Source of the DNA: Geosiphon pyriformis uo1
Taxonomy: Eukaryota; Fungi; Glomeromycota
Reading direction: 5' to 3'
DNA: 64,000 nucleotides
Assembly: GCA_016748015.1 (NCBI GenBank)
Contig: JAAOMT010000352.1
Coordinates: forward strand, 434,001-498,000
In this document: one piece after another, positions 1 to 13,466 of the stretch
How the letters are laid out: the number at the start of each line of letters is the position of its first letter
Numbering within the stretch: position 1 is the first letter of the stretch
Program-made: the position numbers and the translations under genes
The notes under the pieces: model-generated
Told to the model about the DNA's origin: nothing
The model's database searches: none
Seen by the model: the letters and a program-made list of their open reading frames with translations, nothing else

Positions 1-241
1 CATTATATCATTAACTAATAAAAAATTTTTCTAAATGTTTATTAAAAAAACAAATCTTGAAAATGCAGCTTGATTAGCCAGCTTATCAACAATTTTGTTG
101 TCCAATATGCTGGAATGGCTTTTCACTTTTGTCCAACTCACAGAAATTCATTTATTCTTAACCAAACTATTAAAATAACATTGCTTAATTCAACACTTAT
201 TGTAAAAGTTTGGTGCCACCAACTTCAATTTAGCTTGATAC
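1..241 (-). pseudogene. LINE (non-LTR) ORF2 RNase H fragment, interrupted by LTR element E1
   Basis: Minus-strand translation WTKVKSHSSILDNKIVDKLANQAAF matches the C-terminal RNase H motif (W.KVK.HSG..GN..AD.LA) after allowing G>A decay. Confidence 0.7.
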
Positions 242-1007
242 TGTTATAAATAATTATTTGGGGTGTTAATACAAATAACAAATCTGTAACTTGGTGCTCA
301 ATAGCTGGTGATGTTAGTAATTTCTGAAGGTTTTGAAGTCTGAAAATTTTGGTTGAGTTTTTTGTATAATAAACAGAGATTCAATTAATGGTTTCTTTTA
401 TGAATTTTTTTTTAGTGTGATGGCCAGTTTATTTTGGCAGTTGTGCTTTTCTGGTAAGCTATTTTTAAATTTCTACTTTTATTTTCAGATCTTTTATCAG
501 GTTATTCTTAACATCAAATACTCAACACTTAATTATTTTTTAATCAATTAGTAAACAACAAAAAAAAAAACAAAAAAAAAATTTAATATCTTATTAATAG
601 CCATAATCAAAAACTATTGATCCAGTATGGTTAAGTATTAAATTTTATTAATATAAAGTGTTAATAATGAGAAATTAATTAATATTTTTAATCAAGCAAT
701 GATAATATAATTGGATGATAATTAGATATTTTATTGATATTGATGGATTTCCACTTTAAGTTATAGAAAACTATTTTTTGAAGAAAAAATATTGGGATTT
801 TGAACTTTATTGAATCTGAATACTTTTCTGTTTTTAACATTTTCATTATATATATATAATTTGTATTATATGAGATTCTTAGAAAATTCTAGAATTTTGG
901 AATCCTGCAATTTCTCAAGAAGAATCTTAGAATTCTTTATTTTATTATATCTATTTTTAATTGGTTATTTTATTTATTATTATAATTTTTAATTTCTATG
1001 AGTAACA
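242..1007 (-). repeat. 3' LTR of E1
   Basis: tgttataaataattatttgggg at 242 and tatgagtaaca at 1007; homologous to the other family-1 LTRs. Confidence 0.9.
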
Positions 1008-1020
1008 TTATTTTCTTCTT

Positions 1021-1670
1021 TTAATATTGAGCTTTATTAAAATCTCTTAAACTTTCTAAATCTTTTTCTTGGATTAACTCTATAACTTTTTTTACGAAAA
1101 TTATTTGGGCAATATTGGTTTGTAATTTTTCAAATTGAGTATTGGTAATTTTTCCTAATTAGTTGATGATTACTGTATCCATTATTGGATGTAACAATGT
1201 TTTCAGACAGTCTTAAAACTCTGTTTGTAACTAGTATATTATTTATGCTTATGTAGATAGATTATTTTTTTCATAAAGTGTTTAAACTGTTGTAATATTG
1301 TTATATTGAACATCTGTTTTGTTTTATCTGTATATAAGTTCTAAATATTGAGCTTTTATCCCAAGTGATAATAATAAAAGTTCCTTAGAAATTGTTGTAT
1401 CCATTATTTTCAATTTTTTTCTATTAACTCTTTATATAGTACTATTGTCTTTGGTGTTTTTATAGATATTTTTACTTTTGTTATTATATTCTTTACTATA
1501 TTTTTATGTTTTTCATATATTCTATATTGTATTTCATATTGAAATTTTTATTTTTTTTCTGTATATTAAATGGTTTATTAATTGATTGTGATTTTTATGT
1601 TTAGTTTTTGATGTTTGATTAGTTGAAATAGTTGTTGAATTAGTAAGTAAATATTGTTGATAATTTTTAT
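1021..1670 (-). pseudogene. ORF3 (unknown function) of E1, degenerate
   Basis: Homologous to ORF3 of A, B, F and D; ends AQY* at the PPT. Confidence 0.7.
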
Positions 1671-1724
1671 TTTTTTATTTGCTTTTTTTATATATATTGG
1701 TTTTTTATATACTATTTTTGTAAA

Positions 1725-2988
1725 TCAATTTAATATGTTTGTATTAATAATTATGATTGGTTCTAAATTTCATAGAATTTTATCTGGTTGGATTAGTATT
1801 TGTTGTATTCTTAGTTATAGAATATTACTAATAAATGATAATACTATATTGTAATATGGTTTCAGTTAATCTCTATGTGCTGCTTTAGCTAAAATTTTGT
1901 TGTTTTATCTTAATTTATAAGTTCTATTTTCTAAAATTTCTTCAATATAAAATGGTTTATTCTATTTGGAATCAAATTTTTCATTCCATTGTTTTTCTGC
2001 TTTGGTATAATATAAAAGTATTTTGTTTCCAATTTTGAATTTGACTGGTTTATCTGGTAATTAGTTATCATGTTATTTTTTTTGTTTTGTTTGTGATTTT
2101 TGTATATTATTAGCTACTTTTCATTTTTTGTTTTCTAAAGTTTCTATTAAATTATATGTTTTTCTTAGCAATGTTTTTTGAAAATTGGTTTCTATTATTT
2201 GTTTTGTTAGATATAAATTGATATTTATCTCAATTAGTAATATTATTGTTTTATTATAAACAAGTTTAAATAGTGTTGCTTGTATAGTATCTTGCTTTAT
2301 TATCTGATAAACAAATAATACTAATAGTATAAACAAATTTTATTTGTCCTGGTTTTTTTGGCTAATCTTGGCTATCACTTTATACAATATTTTATTGAAT
2401 TTTTTGATTAAACCATTTGTTTATAGATGATATAATAATGATAATAGTTTCTTAATTCCAAATTTTTTACTTAATTCTGTTAATATTTTGTTTACAAAGT
2501 GAGTTTTTTGGTTTGATAATAATTTTTTTGGACATCTATGTTAACAAATCAAAACTTAGTGTATAAATTTAACTATAGATTTTGCATTTGCTCTTTGAAT
2601 TGCTTTTGTTTCTGACCATTTTATGAGATAATTTATTGCTACTGCTATATATTGATTATCTCTACTGGTTATTATTAATAATCTAACTAAGTTAATTCTA
2701 ATTTGATTGAATAGTTATTCCACTTTGATTGGTTTTAATGGTTTACTGAATCTTGTTTCTTCTCTTTTCTAATAAACATTACAATTTTAAATGTATTGAA
2801 TAATGTTTAAATACATGATTGGCCAATAATATTTTTTTCTGATTCTTTTTATAGTTGCTTCTTTATGAAAATGTCCTGCTGTTAAATTTGAATAGATGTT
2901 AAACAGTATTGTTTTTTTTTCTGGTTCTGTAATTACTTTGAATAACTGGTCTGGATTTTTTCTGTTTTTTTGATATAGTATGTTATAG
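1725..2988 (-). pseudogene. Gypsy-type integrase of E1, N-terminally truncated
   Basis: HHCC remnants, NYLIKWSETKAI, NGLIKKFN, GPY/F-like region, C-terminal LEPIIII. Confidence 0.85.
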
Positions 2989-3284
2989 TATTACTCATAA
3001 AAATTAGGAATATTATAGTTAAAAAAATAGCCAATCAGAAGTAGATGTAGCAACAAAAAAATTCTAGGATTTCTCTGAAAAAATTACAGGATTCTAGAAT
3101 CCTAAAATTCTAAGATTCTTAGTAAAAAATTGCAAAATTTCAGAATTTCAAAATTTCAGAAATCTTGTATAACACCAACTATGTATATATAGCAGTAATA
3201 TTAAAAGCAAAAAAAACATTTAGGCAGAACCCAGTTTCAGTTAATATCTTCTTTTTTAGCTATTAATTAATTTTTATTTCATGA

Positions 3285-4093
3285 TATTATTCATATAAAA
3301 AAAACATTTAAGAAAATAGTAAAAAAAACAGATAGACCAATAAGAGAATAGTAACTAACATATGAGCACATTGTTCAAGAAATTATAGCACATTGCTTGA
3401 GAATGTGAGCAATCTTGTAAAACCCAAATTATGTATATATAGTAAAAGCATTAGAAACAGAAAAAGCAGAATTTCTTAGATAAAATCATAACCAAGACTT
3501 TTTTGTTCAAAACATCTTAGTTAGAAATATCAATATTAATAAATAATTATTTACTATCTAAATCACTCTCTCCACTATCAATACTTTATGTTAATAGTAT
3601 CCAATACTTAATCACATTAGAACAATAGCTCTTGATTATGGCTATTAACAAGATATTAATTCTTTCTTGCTTTGGCTTATTGTTTTTTTTTTTTTCTTTT
3701 ATTGTTTGTTATCATTTACTAATTAATTAAAGATTAAACACATGGAGTTATTAACATCAAAGTGACTGGTAAAAGACTTAAAAATAAGAGTAGAATACTC
3801 AAAAATTAAGGATAGTTTACCAGGAAGATTACTGGTTATTACACTAAGAAAAAAATTCGATGAAATTATAATTTTGGGAAATAATGGACAACCAAACACA
3901 CCAACTTAAGAGTTGAAGAAACTGGAAACATCACACTAAAATACCAATATTAAATCTCTGTCTATTATACAAAAGACTTTACCAAAATCTTCAGATCATT
4001 AAAACCTTCAGATATTATCAACATAATTTAATTATTAGCACCAAGTTATGGGTTTGTTATTTGATTTGAGACCCTAAATAATCACTTATAACA
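3285..4093 (+). repeat. 5' LTR of A
   Basis: Colinear with 32986-33813; CCAAT, TATA (tatatata near 3434), AATAAA, T-rich tract; ends cttataaca. Confidence 0.9.
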
Positions 4094-4095
4094 TT

Positions 4096-4112
4096 TGGTG
4101 CTCTCTGTAAAG
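4096..4112 (+). promoter_or_regulatory. Primer-binding site of A (family consensus approx. TGGTGCTCCCTGTGAGG)
   Basis: TGG starts 2 nt after the LTR end; complementary to a tRNA ending GAGCACCA (tRNA-Ile(UAU)- or tRNA-Thr-like; identity not resolved). Confidence 0.85.
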
Positions 4113-7100
4113 TATAATTCAACAGAAAACCAGCACTAACAGCAACCATCCAAAACAGTGACAGAATCAAAAGAAATAGAAACAAACCACTTGTGATTTG
4201 TAAAATTTTTATTCCAGTATTACAAAAATTATCTCAAATTGACAAATAATAATTGGCCAGCAGAATCAGCTTTTAATTACTATGTTAATAAAAAGATTGT
4301 ATACTATTTGGGAGGCCAAAAAGATTCAGAATCTATCTTTAACAATTTCTTTAGTAAACTACTCCAAAGCATCATACTGCCATAGAATTATTTATTTGCA
4401 CTACTAATTACAAAAATAAACAAAAAAATTAAAAAGTACATTAAACAAAAATTTCCCATCACCTTTGCAGACAAAAAAAAGAGAAGATTGCAAACACCAA
4501 CAGGAACTCCAAAACAAATACAATTACCTACTTGAAAGAAACAGAGAGTTGACTTACCAGCTAATTCATTATATCATTATACACTTAGAAGCACCATCAA
4601 TATAACATCAATAGACACATCCACAGCCAACACAACAACAGCACTAAACAAAATTCTGTTTCAAAATAAACAGAAGAAAACAGAATTATTAAGAATGTAC
4701 AGTAATTATTTTAAGGAATTCAAATCAAAATCCCCAATATTATCAGAAATCTGATTACTGTCATTACAACTAAATTTCGGAGCTGCTAGCTCTTGGGAAA
4801 TAACCAACTCTGAAAAAAAGGAAGACAGTAATTAGAGAATTAATAATTAAAACCTGATCTTAGAAAACCCAGAAATACAAATTCCAATTACTCCAACTCT
4901 AAAAAATCAAAACAATATAAATACCACTCTGATTGTTTCTCAAAACTTACCTCTAGTAATTGTAATCAATTCACTACCAATTATATTAATTGCTGAACAG
5001 CAACAATAACAGCTACAACCACCACTTTAATAGCAACTACAATAGCAGTCACAACCACAAAAACCATTCTTAGCACTGATAGTATACACACCAATTGCCA
5101 AATTTGAGAAATTTATTGGTGAGGAGAATGATATGCAAGTATGGCTCAATAACATAGAAAAAGCCATTACAGCCAATAGATGGAATGACACTGAAGTATT
5201 ATAGACAATTCTATATTTCCTTTAGAATACCACCAATTTATGATATCAAAGTCTGATACAGAAACTTCAAGATTTCAATGAATTTAAAGTGAAATTTTTG
5301 AGATATTTTAGTAATAATAATAGCATCAATTGTCTAGCCAATACTTTTACAACCATCAAACAAAGAAAAACCAAAGCAGTTACTATTTACTTAAGACACT
5401 TCTATAAAAGCCTATGCCAAATACAAACAATTGACACAAACTACTTTACTATACCACAAATCTTGAATCAATTTATTTATGGTCTGTACAGTAGTTTTTT
5501 ACAATAAATACATCTAATACACCCACAAACTCTCTAGGATGCCATTATCCATGCCAGAAATTTCAAATTAGCTGAATTCGAAGCTAATCATGCCCAAGTT
5601 ATTAATCTAGTAATAAATAGATCATCTGAATTGGATTCCAAGTTGAAACAATTCAGTGATTCTATTAATCAAAAATTAGAAGGATATTTAGTTAACAATT
5701 AGGCTATTTATCAACTCTTATAATAATATAACAATCAAGAAAACTCAAATTGTTTCCAAAATCAGCTGCATCTCTCTTCAGCAAACAATTAACAGTGGCA
5801 GCCAGAAACATGTATTTACCACAACTGTAGTAAACAAAATCACATTAGAATTGACTGCTATTATAATAGTAACTCACAATTGAGAAATCAATATTAAAAC
5901 TCTGATCACTGGTTTCAAACTCTGAATTATTCCCTAAATCAAAATCAATATCAACCTTATTACTCTTAAATAACACAACAACCAATATATGTATCTCTAA
6001 TCTATCAAATACCAGTTCCAGTCATTTATTAATCACAGCTGTTAATAGTTTATTAAACCCTATCTATTCTAACACTACCACAAAATCCAGCTCAGATGTT
6101 ATCCAGACATTAAAAACTGAGAATTACCTATATTCAACAAAATTGGAAATTAGCAATAGTAATATACCAACTAATCTCCAGTTCATTAAGTCAACTATTA
6201 GGATCTTACCAATAAAATTCGGGAACTGAGTACCACCAAAACCCAAATTTCCAGCACTATTTAAGTCTCTTAGTTACCCCAGAAGATGCCAAACTTAGCA
6301 ACCAGAAACCCAATCAAATTTAACTACTTACCAACAACATATCTCCAGTCACCATCACTAAAAACAAATCACTTACCACTATTTTTCTCTTTAAACTAGA
6401 GGAACTAGTTAAAATGCTGCTATTCAGTAGAGTCACTCTTAAATTAAAACTCATAACTACAATGTATACAAATACCAGAGTTAATAGTTAGTTTATCAAA
6501 CTAATCTTAGACAGTAGATCAACCAGCAACATCATTATACAACAATTCATGGACCAATTAAGTTGCCAAGTTGATCATGCTACCAGTACCAGGATTATTA
6601 CAGTGGATAGAGTAACCAAAACTCTTATTGGCAAAATCAACAACTTTTCTTTTGAAGTCAATAGTATTACTACATCTATTAAGGTGTTAGTAATAGAAGC
6701 CACTTAGTACCAAATATTAGTTGATAACAACTGGCTATTCAAAACCAACACAGTACTCAATTAGACCATGCAGAAATTCCAGTTCAGTTAGAACAGTCAG
6801 TATATATGACTACTGGCAATCTGTAGATACTTTAAACTCAATACACCAGCACCATTGATAGAGTTAAAAGAAAAAAAAAAACCTACCTAAAAAGCTTACC
6901 AAATCTTATGAGCTGACACTAATCATAACTATTCACCACCAGTATCTACTTGGGAAGAAAAAAAAAAGGAAAGAAAGAGAAAAAAAAACCTCCAGGCAAT
7001 TATCTTCACTTATACATCTTATAACATTACTATTCAATACCAGCTAAACTATTGTTGACCCAAATTAATTTGTGCTAATTGTGGCAAAAAATTGTCCACA

Positions 7101-7919
7101 ATAGATACATGTTGTAATGACAATGAGAAATAGCCAATGGCCACAAAATATTACTGTTGCCCATGTGTTTTTAAATGCTTTGGATAACCAAAAAGACAAG
7201 AAAAATAAGACAACAAACCATGTCTTGCTTGCAGAAAAACTTTTCTGAACAAAAAAATGTGGAATAACATTTTTAGTTATGGGAGAACATATAACAAATT
7301 GTGTTAATACACAATTTTAATTAGCAATTGGGTAAGGAAAAGAATGTCTATAGATGTTACTAGAAAAAGAGCTGTAAAATGTCTGGATGGTTGTTCACAC
7401 AATAATGATGAAATCTGGCAAATGGCTCTTGCCAAAATTTAAGACACATTAACTAAAGAAATAAGAGAAATTAAAAATAATCTGCCAAAACCCATAGAAC
7501 TTGATTGGATCTTAAACTTTGATATTGTCTTTGATATAATGAATTCAAAACAATTTCATGAACATTATTAAGACTTGGCATCTACTAAAAAAGAGCAAAA
7601 GCAATGTTTAGAACAACTAAACACTTAATTATGTAACCATTGTTTGATTTTATATGATTTTTAATATTATAATAAGTGTGATCTTATTTACAATTTACCA
7701 TCATGCATGACCTATTCAATCTCTAAAGAAAAAAAGCCAATTGACAAATGTGTAGCAAAATCAGAATCAAAGTTCAAACTCAATTCAAACTTTGACGATA
7801 ATGACAAAAACAATGGTTTTAGTTCAGTTCAAAATGACAATAATAGCAGCAATAATTTAAACTCTGATTATAACTCTAAACAATACATCATGCTATCTGA
7901 TTTTTCCAAGAAGCAGAAA

Positions 7920-8345
7920 CTAAAATGGTTCAGCAATAATAATAAAAATATTATACTAAAACACATGCACAATACTAATATAGGATTTGATTTAAGATAT
8001 TCAGAAAAGAATGCCATAAAATTGGAACCATATTTACACACCTGCATTGATTTAAAAATAGCATTAGAAATTCTGACAACTATTATGGTGCAATTAGCAT
8101 TTAAATCTAGTTTAGCAAAGAAGAGAATCAACATCAGAGAAGAAATAATTAATGCATAATATGTAGAAAATATCATTGCAATACTACAAAATAATTCCAA
8201 AAAAGAATATATTATTGAACTAAATAAAAAAATAGCACAGGCAATATTCCTATCTCTGATTAAAATAGCTTAGTTAGTATTAGTGAGAAAAAGAAAAGAA
8301 TTAAGAATGACAGCAAAAGGGATAAATAGATTCAAATCTATGAGT
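7920..8345 (+). pseudogene. dut: dUTPase domain of A
   Basis: GFDL, (R)SSLAKK, IINA.YV.NI, KIAQAIF and decayed motif 5 (KGINRFKS). Confidence 0.85.
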
Positions 8346-10537
8346 AGAATAGACATACCAGTTAATATGACAAAGGAAAAAGTTATTAACAAGAGAGAAA
8401 TTATCTTCACCTGTCAATCAATTTCTATTCTATTATATAACTAGTATATATTAGCTATAAAAAAGAAAATAAAGGATTAAGCCCAAATTTTTGAAGTAGA
8501 AACTACAATTTGTAAATCAGAAAAGATTGAATTTACCAATCTTTATATACCAGCCAAAAGCCTTAAACACATCAAAATTTTTATTCACAATACAATTAAA
8601 AACATCATTAAAAATACCAAGCAGAACTATTATTGGATACTTAAGCACCAAAGTTGAAGACTAATTACCAAGCACCATTCCAGATTTTCTACAATTGTGT
8701 AGATATGTAGATATCATATCACAAACAATATATGGACAAAAAAAATATTATTTGTTCTAATCAGAACAACTAGAATAAATGAACTTGAGAAATCTAGACT
8801 CATTTTAATGCATGTAGCTCAAAATGCTACTTAATAATTTCACTGACATCTTTGTCAGTGAAAATAAATTTGGCAGAACTGATATTATCCAGCACCAAAT
8901 CAAGACTGAAAATACAATACCAATTAAACAAAAAACATACCAAGTACCACTAGCTAGCCATAAAATCATTTGATAAGAAATCAACAGAATGTTGGACAAT
9001 AGGTTAATTCAACCATCAATAAGTTTATGCTTATTACCAGTGATATTAGTCCATAAGAAGAATAAAAAAATCTGCTTTTGTGTAGATTATAAAAAACTCA
9101 ATAATGTAACTTGTAGAGATAACTATCTCATTTCATGTATTCAAAAATTATTTGATGCTTTTAGAAGAAAGAAATGGTTTTTCACATTAAATCTAAATAA
9201 TGGTTACTAACAAATAGCCATAAATCCAGCTGACAAAGAAAAGACTACATTTACTATTAGAGAAGAGAATTTCAAATTTAAAGTCATGCTATTCAGCTTA
9301 ACCAATGCTTCAGCCACTTTCTAATAGCTTATAGAAATTGTTTATATCAGATTGCTATAAAAATTAGTAGTGGTCTACTTAGATAATATCAACATATTTT
9401 CAAAAACATTTGATGACTATTTTCATTATCTCCAGCAAATGTTTAAGAAATTCAGAAGAGCCAAATTAAAACTAAATACAACCAAATGTTTTTTTGGTAA
9501 AATAGAACTAAAATTCTTGGAATATGTTGTAAGCAAAAATGAAATCAAGACAGATCCAAACAAGATTGAAATTGTCAAAAATTTTTCAGTACTAATAAAT
9601 CTTACCAAATTAAGAGCATTTTTAAAATTTGCTAGATACTACCACCACTTTATTCAGAACTTCTCAAAAATAGCTCAACCATTCTACCAACTTTAAGCCA
9701 AGAATGTAAAATATGAATGAATTAAAAAACAACAAAAAGCTTTTAATACTTTAAAAAGAAAGCTCATCCAAGCACCAGTATTGATTTATTTAAATCACAG
9801 CAAGCCATTTATTATTACTACTGATGTATCTGGCCTAGCATTAGGAGCAGTACTATCTTAAAAAAGACTGAATGGAAGAGAACATCCAGTAGCATATGCT
9901 AATTGCAACTTAAGTTTAGCTGAAAAAAACTATGGAATGCCAGCACTAAAACACTTAGCTATCTATTGAGCAGTCATGAAATAAAAAAAATACTTAAGTC
10001 AGAAATTTGATATATACACTGATCACAAAAGATTGACATTAATTCAGAAGCAAGAATTTGGAGACAACTGTCATGTCAGATAGAAAATAAAACTTTCATC
10101 ATTCAAATATACAGTACATTATAAAAAGGGAAAAAAAACAGAAATGCCAACAGATTGTTACGAACAAGACAAATCTAAAAACATTCCAATCCAAAAATAT
10201 AACAAAAAATAAATACACAAAAATATTAACAACTCCAACACTATATTAATACCCAACAGTTCAAGAAGAAATTATCCAAATATTTTATCATTTACCAAAA
10301 TATATTATATCAAAAAAACAGAAAAAATTTAGATCAATCACTCAAAGTAGTCACAGAATCAAAAAAAGAAACAATACTATACAATATGCATTCAGATCTA
10401 ACAGCAGAACACTTTTATAAAAAAGCAACCATAGAAAGAACCAGGAAAAAATATTATTGGCTATCAATGTATTTGGACATCATTCAATATGTTCAAAATT
10501 GTGATGTTTGTCAAAGAAAAAAAAGAACAAGACCCAG

Positions 10538-11409
10538 TATTACAAGTGATTATTTGGGATCTCAAAGCAAATAACAAACCTGTAACTTAGTGCTTAATTG
10601 ATGTTAATAATGTTGGTTTCTGAAGGTTAACTGTATCTAAAGATTTTCGTAATCTAAAGGTTTTGGTTGAGCCCTTTGTATAATGAACAAAGATTCAATA
10701 GTTGTTTTTCAGTCACCTCTTAAAATCACAATTCTGTTGAATTTTTTTTTCAGCATGGTGACTGGTAATCTTCCTGGTAAGCTATCCTTAAATCTATGAG
10801 TTTTCTACCCTTGTTTTATGGGTCTTTTATCAGTCCTTATGATGTCTGTAACTCAGTGCTTTTTAATCCTTAATTAATTAGTAAAACAACAAGAAATAAC
10901 AAAGAAAATAAAAGAAAATAAAAGAAAATAAAGAAATAAACCAAGACAATTGCAAGTTAGTATCTTGTTAATAGCTGTGATCAAGAACTATTGTTTCAGT
11001 GTGTTTTAAGTATCAATTACTATCAACATAAAGAGTTAATAGTGAAGAGTAGATTTGAAATAGTGAATAATTATTTATTGATATTTGTGATATGGAAGAT
11101 TGCTTAGATTAAATCTAAACTAAAAAATCTGTCTTTTCTACTTCTAATATTATCACTATATATATATAATTGAAATTCCTCAATTCCTTAATTCTTTACA
11201 CCAGAAATTCTGGAATTCTTAGAATCCTGCAATTTCTTTAAGAAAAATTCTGGAATTCTGGAATCCTGTGATTCTTTGTATAAAAATCCTGAAATTCTTG
11301 GAATTCTGTGATTTCTCTTAAGAGAAATTTTGGAATTCCACATCTACTATGACTATCTTTGATTGGCTAATTTATATACTAATATACTTTCTATATTTTA
11401 TGAGTAATA
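10538..11409 (-). repeat. 3' LTR of B
   Basis: Colinear with 19634-20488. Confidence 0.92.
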
Positions 11410-11422
11410 TTATTCTCTCTTT

Positions 11423-12051
11423 TTAATATTGAGCTCTATTGAGATCTCCTAATTCTAATTCTTCATCTTTGAGTATTTTTTGAATTTCTTTTTCAAGAAT
11501 TATTTGTGTTATCTTGTTCTGTAATTCTTTGAATTGGGTATTGGTTATTTTTCCTATTTGGTTTATAGTAATGAAGTTCATTGCTGAATTAAGTAAAATT
11601 TCGGGTTGGTCTTAAAATCCAATTTGTAATTAATAGATAGCTCATACTTATATGGTTAGATTGTTCTTTTCCACAAATTGTTCAAGTTGTTGTAATATTT
11701 TTGGATCGAATAATTGCTTTGTTTTATCTGTATATAAGTTTCGAATATTTAAATGTTGTCTCAAGTAGAAATAACAAAAGTTTCTTGGAAATTGTTGTGT
11801 CTACCACTTCCAAGTTTTTTTAGTCATTTCTTGATATGGAATGACACTTGTTGGCTCTTCTATTGCCAATTTCACTTTTAGAATTATTTTGTTAACAGTG
11901 TTTTTCAGTTTTTTTGTACTTTGTATTGGCATATTTTTCTGGTATCTTGGTATCAAATGGTTTATTGGTTGATAGTAATTTCCATATTCTGTTGTTGAAT
12001 CAGTTAAAAAAATTGTTGTGCTAGTGTGTGTATATTATTGGTAATTTCCAT
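11423..12051 (-). pseudogene. ORF3 of B
   Basis: Starts MEITN at 12051 and ends RAQY* at the PPT. Confidence 0.75.
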
Positions 12052-12106
12052 TTTTTTTTGTTGTCTTTGTCACATATACCATGTTTTTTTATACTTTTTT
12101 GGTTGT

Positions 12107-13436
12107 TCAATTTAATATGTTTAGTTCAATGATTATAATTGGTTCTAAATTTTGTAAAATCTTATCTGGTTGGACTAGTATTTTCTGTACTTTTAATTGT
12201 GGAATATTACTGGTGAATAATGACACTATATGATAATATGGTTTTAGTCGATCACCATGTACTGCTTTGGTTAAGATTTTGTTGTTCAACCATAATTTAT
12301 AAGCTCCATTTCCAAGAATTTCTTCTATGTGAAATGGTCTATTCTATTTGGGGTCAAATTTTCTACTCCATTGTTTTTCTGCTTTGGTATGATATAAAAG
12401 TATTTTGTCTCCAATCATAAATTCAATTGGTTTATCTAGTAGTTGGTTATCATGTCTTTTTTTTTGTTTTTTTTGTGACTTTTGGATGTTATCAGCTGCT
12501 TTCTGCCTTTTGTTTTCTAGTGTCTCTATTAAGTCATATGTTCTTCTCAACAATGTTCTTTGAAAATTCTCTTCTGTTATTGGTTTTGTTAGATATGTTT
12601 TGACTTCTATCTCTGTATATTAATTCAAATAGTATTGCTTGTGTAATATTTTGCTTCATTGTTCAATAAGTAAATAATACTGATGATATGAACAAATCTC
12701 ATTCATCTTGGTTTTCTTGGCTGATTTTGGCAATTGCTTTACACAATGTTCTGTTAAATCTTTCAACTAACCCATTTGTTTGTGGATGGTATGATGATAA
12801 TAATAGTTTTTTTATTCCAAATCTTTGGCTTAATTTTGCTAATGTTTTATTTACAAAATAAGTTCCTTAGTCAGATAATAAATCTTGATAAACGAATTTA
12901 ACAATGGATTCTGCATCTGCTTTTTGAATGGCTTTTGCTTCTGGCCATTTTGTGAGATAATCCATGGCTACTGCAATATATCTGTTGCCTCTGCTGGTGA
13001 TTGTTAATAGTCTGACTAAGTTGATTCCAATGTGATCAAATAATTGTCCTACTTTGATTGGTTTTAATGGTTTATTGGGTTTTGTTCCTTCTCTTTTTTG
13101 ACAAGCATTACAATTTTGAACATATTGAATGATATCTGGATACATTGATGGCCAATAATATCTTTTTCTGGTTCTTTCTATGATTGCTTCTTTGTAAAAA
13201 TGTCCTGCTGTTAAATCTGAATGTATGTTGAATAATATTGTCTTTTTCTCTGGTTCTGTAATTACTCTGGTTGGTTGATTTGGATTTCTTTTGTTCTTCT
13301 GGTAAAGTATATTTTGATGGTTGATAAAATATTTTGATTGTTGTTTTATGTTATTTTGTTCTTTTTAAGATAATTTCTCCTTGAACAATTGGGTATTTAT
13401 ATAGTATTAGAGTTGTTGGTATTTTTGTATATTTAT
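12107..13436 (-). pseudogene. Integrase ORF of B
   Basis: ORF-track fragments CNAC, DYLTKWPEA, LEPIIII. Confidence 0.9.
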
Positions 13437-13466
13437 CTTTTGTTATATTTTTGGATTAAACTGTTT

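Larger units (their letters stand above)
242..2988 (-). mobile_element. Ty3/Gypsy element E1 (family 1), 3' part only: integrase, ORF3, PPT, 3' LTR; interrupted at 2989 by element X
   Basis: LTR 242-1007 with TGTTA/TAACA ends; PPT at 1008-1022; degenerate integrase core on the minus strand. Confidence 0.9.
4094..10178 (+). pseudogene. ORF1 of A: gag (CA, CCHC) - protease - Cys-rich module - dUTPase - RT - RNase H, degenerate
   Basis: CA motifs (WLNNIEKAITAN, LNQFIYGL), zinc knuckle near 5815, LILDS protease near 6500, RT VYLDN (from YLDD) near 9370, RNase H TTDVS and YTDHK. Confidence 0.9.

Noticed and set aside
810-992. Short hydrophobic ORFs (here, 57055-57237, 59484-60171 and others) as membrane proteins or env
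   Set aside because: They are chance frames in T-rich LTR or decayed LINE DNA and are not conserved as ORFs between copies
11170-11340. Heat-shock elements in family-1 U3 (TTCnnGAA)
   Set aside because: The repeat period is about 8-9 nt, giving only two-unit matches and not three contiguous inverted nGAAn pentamers
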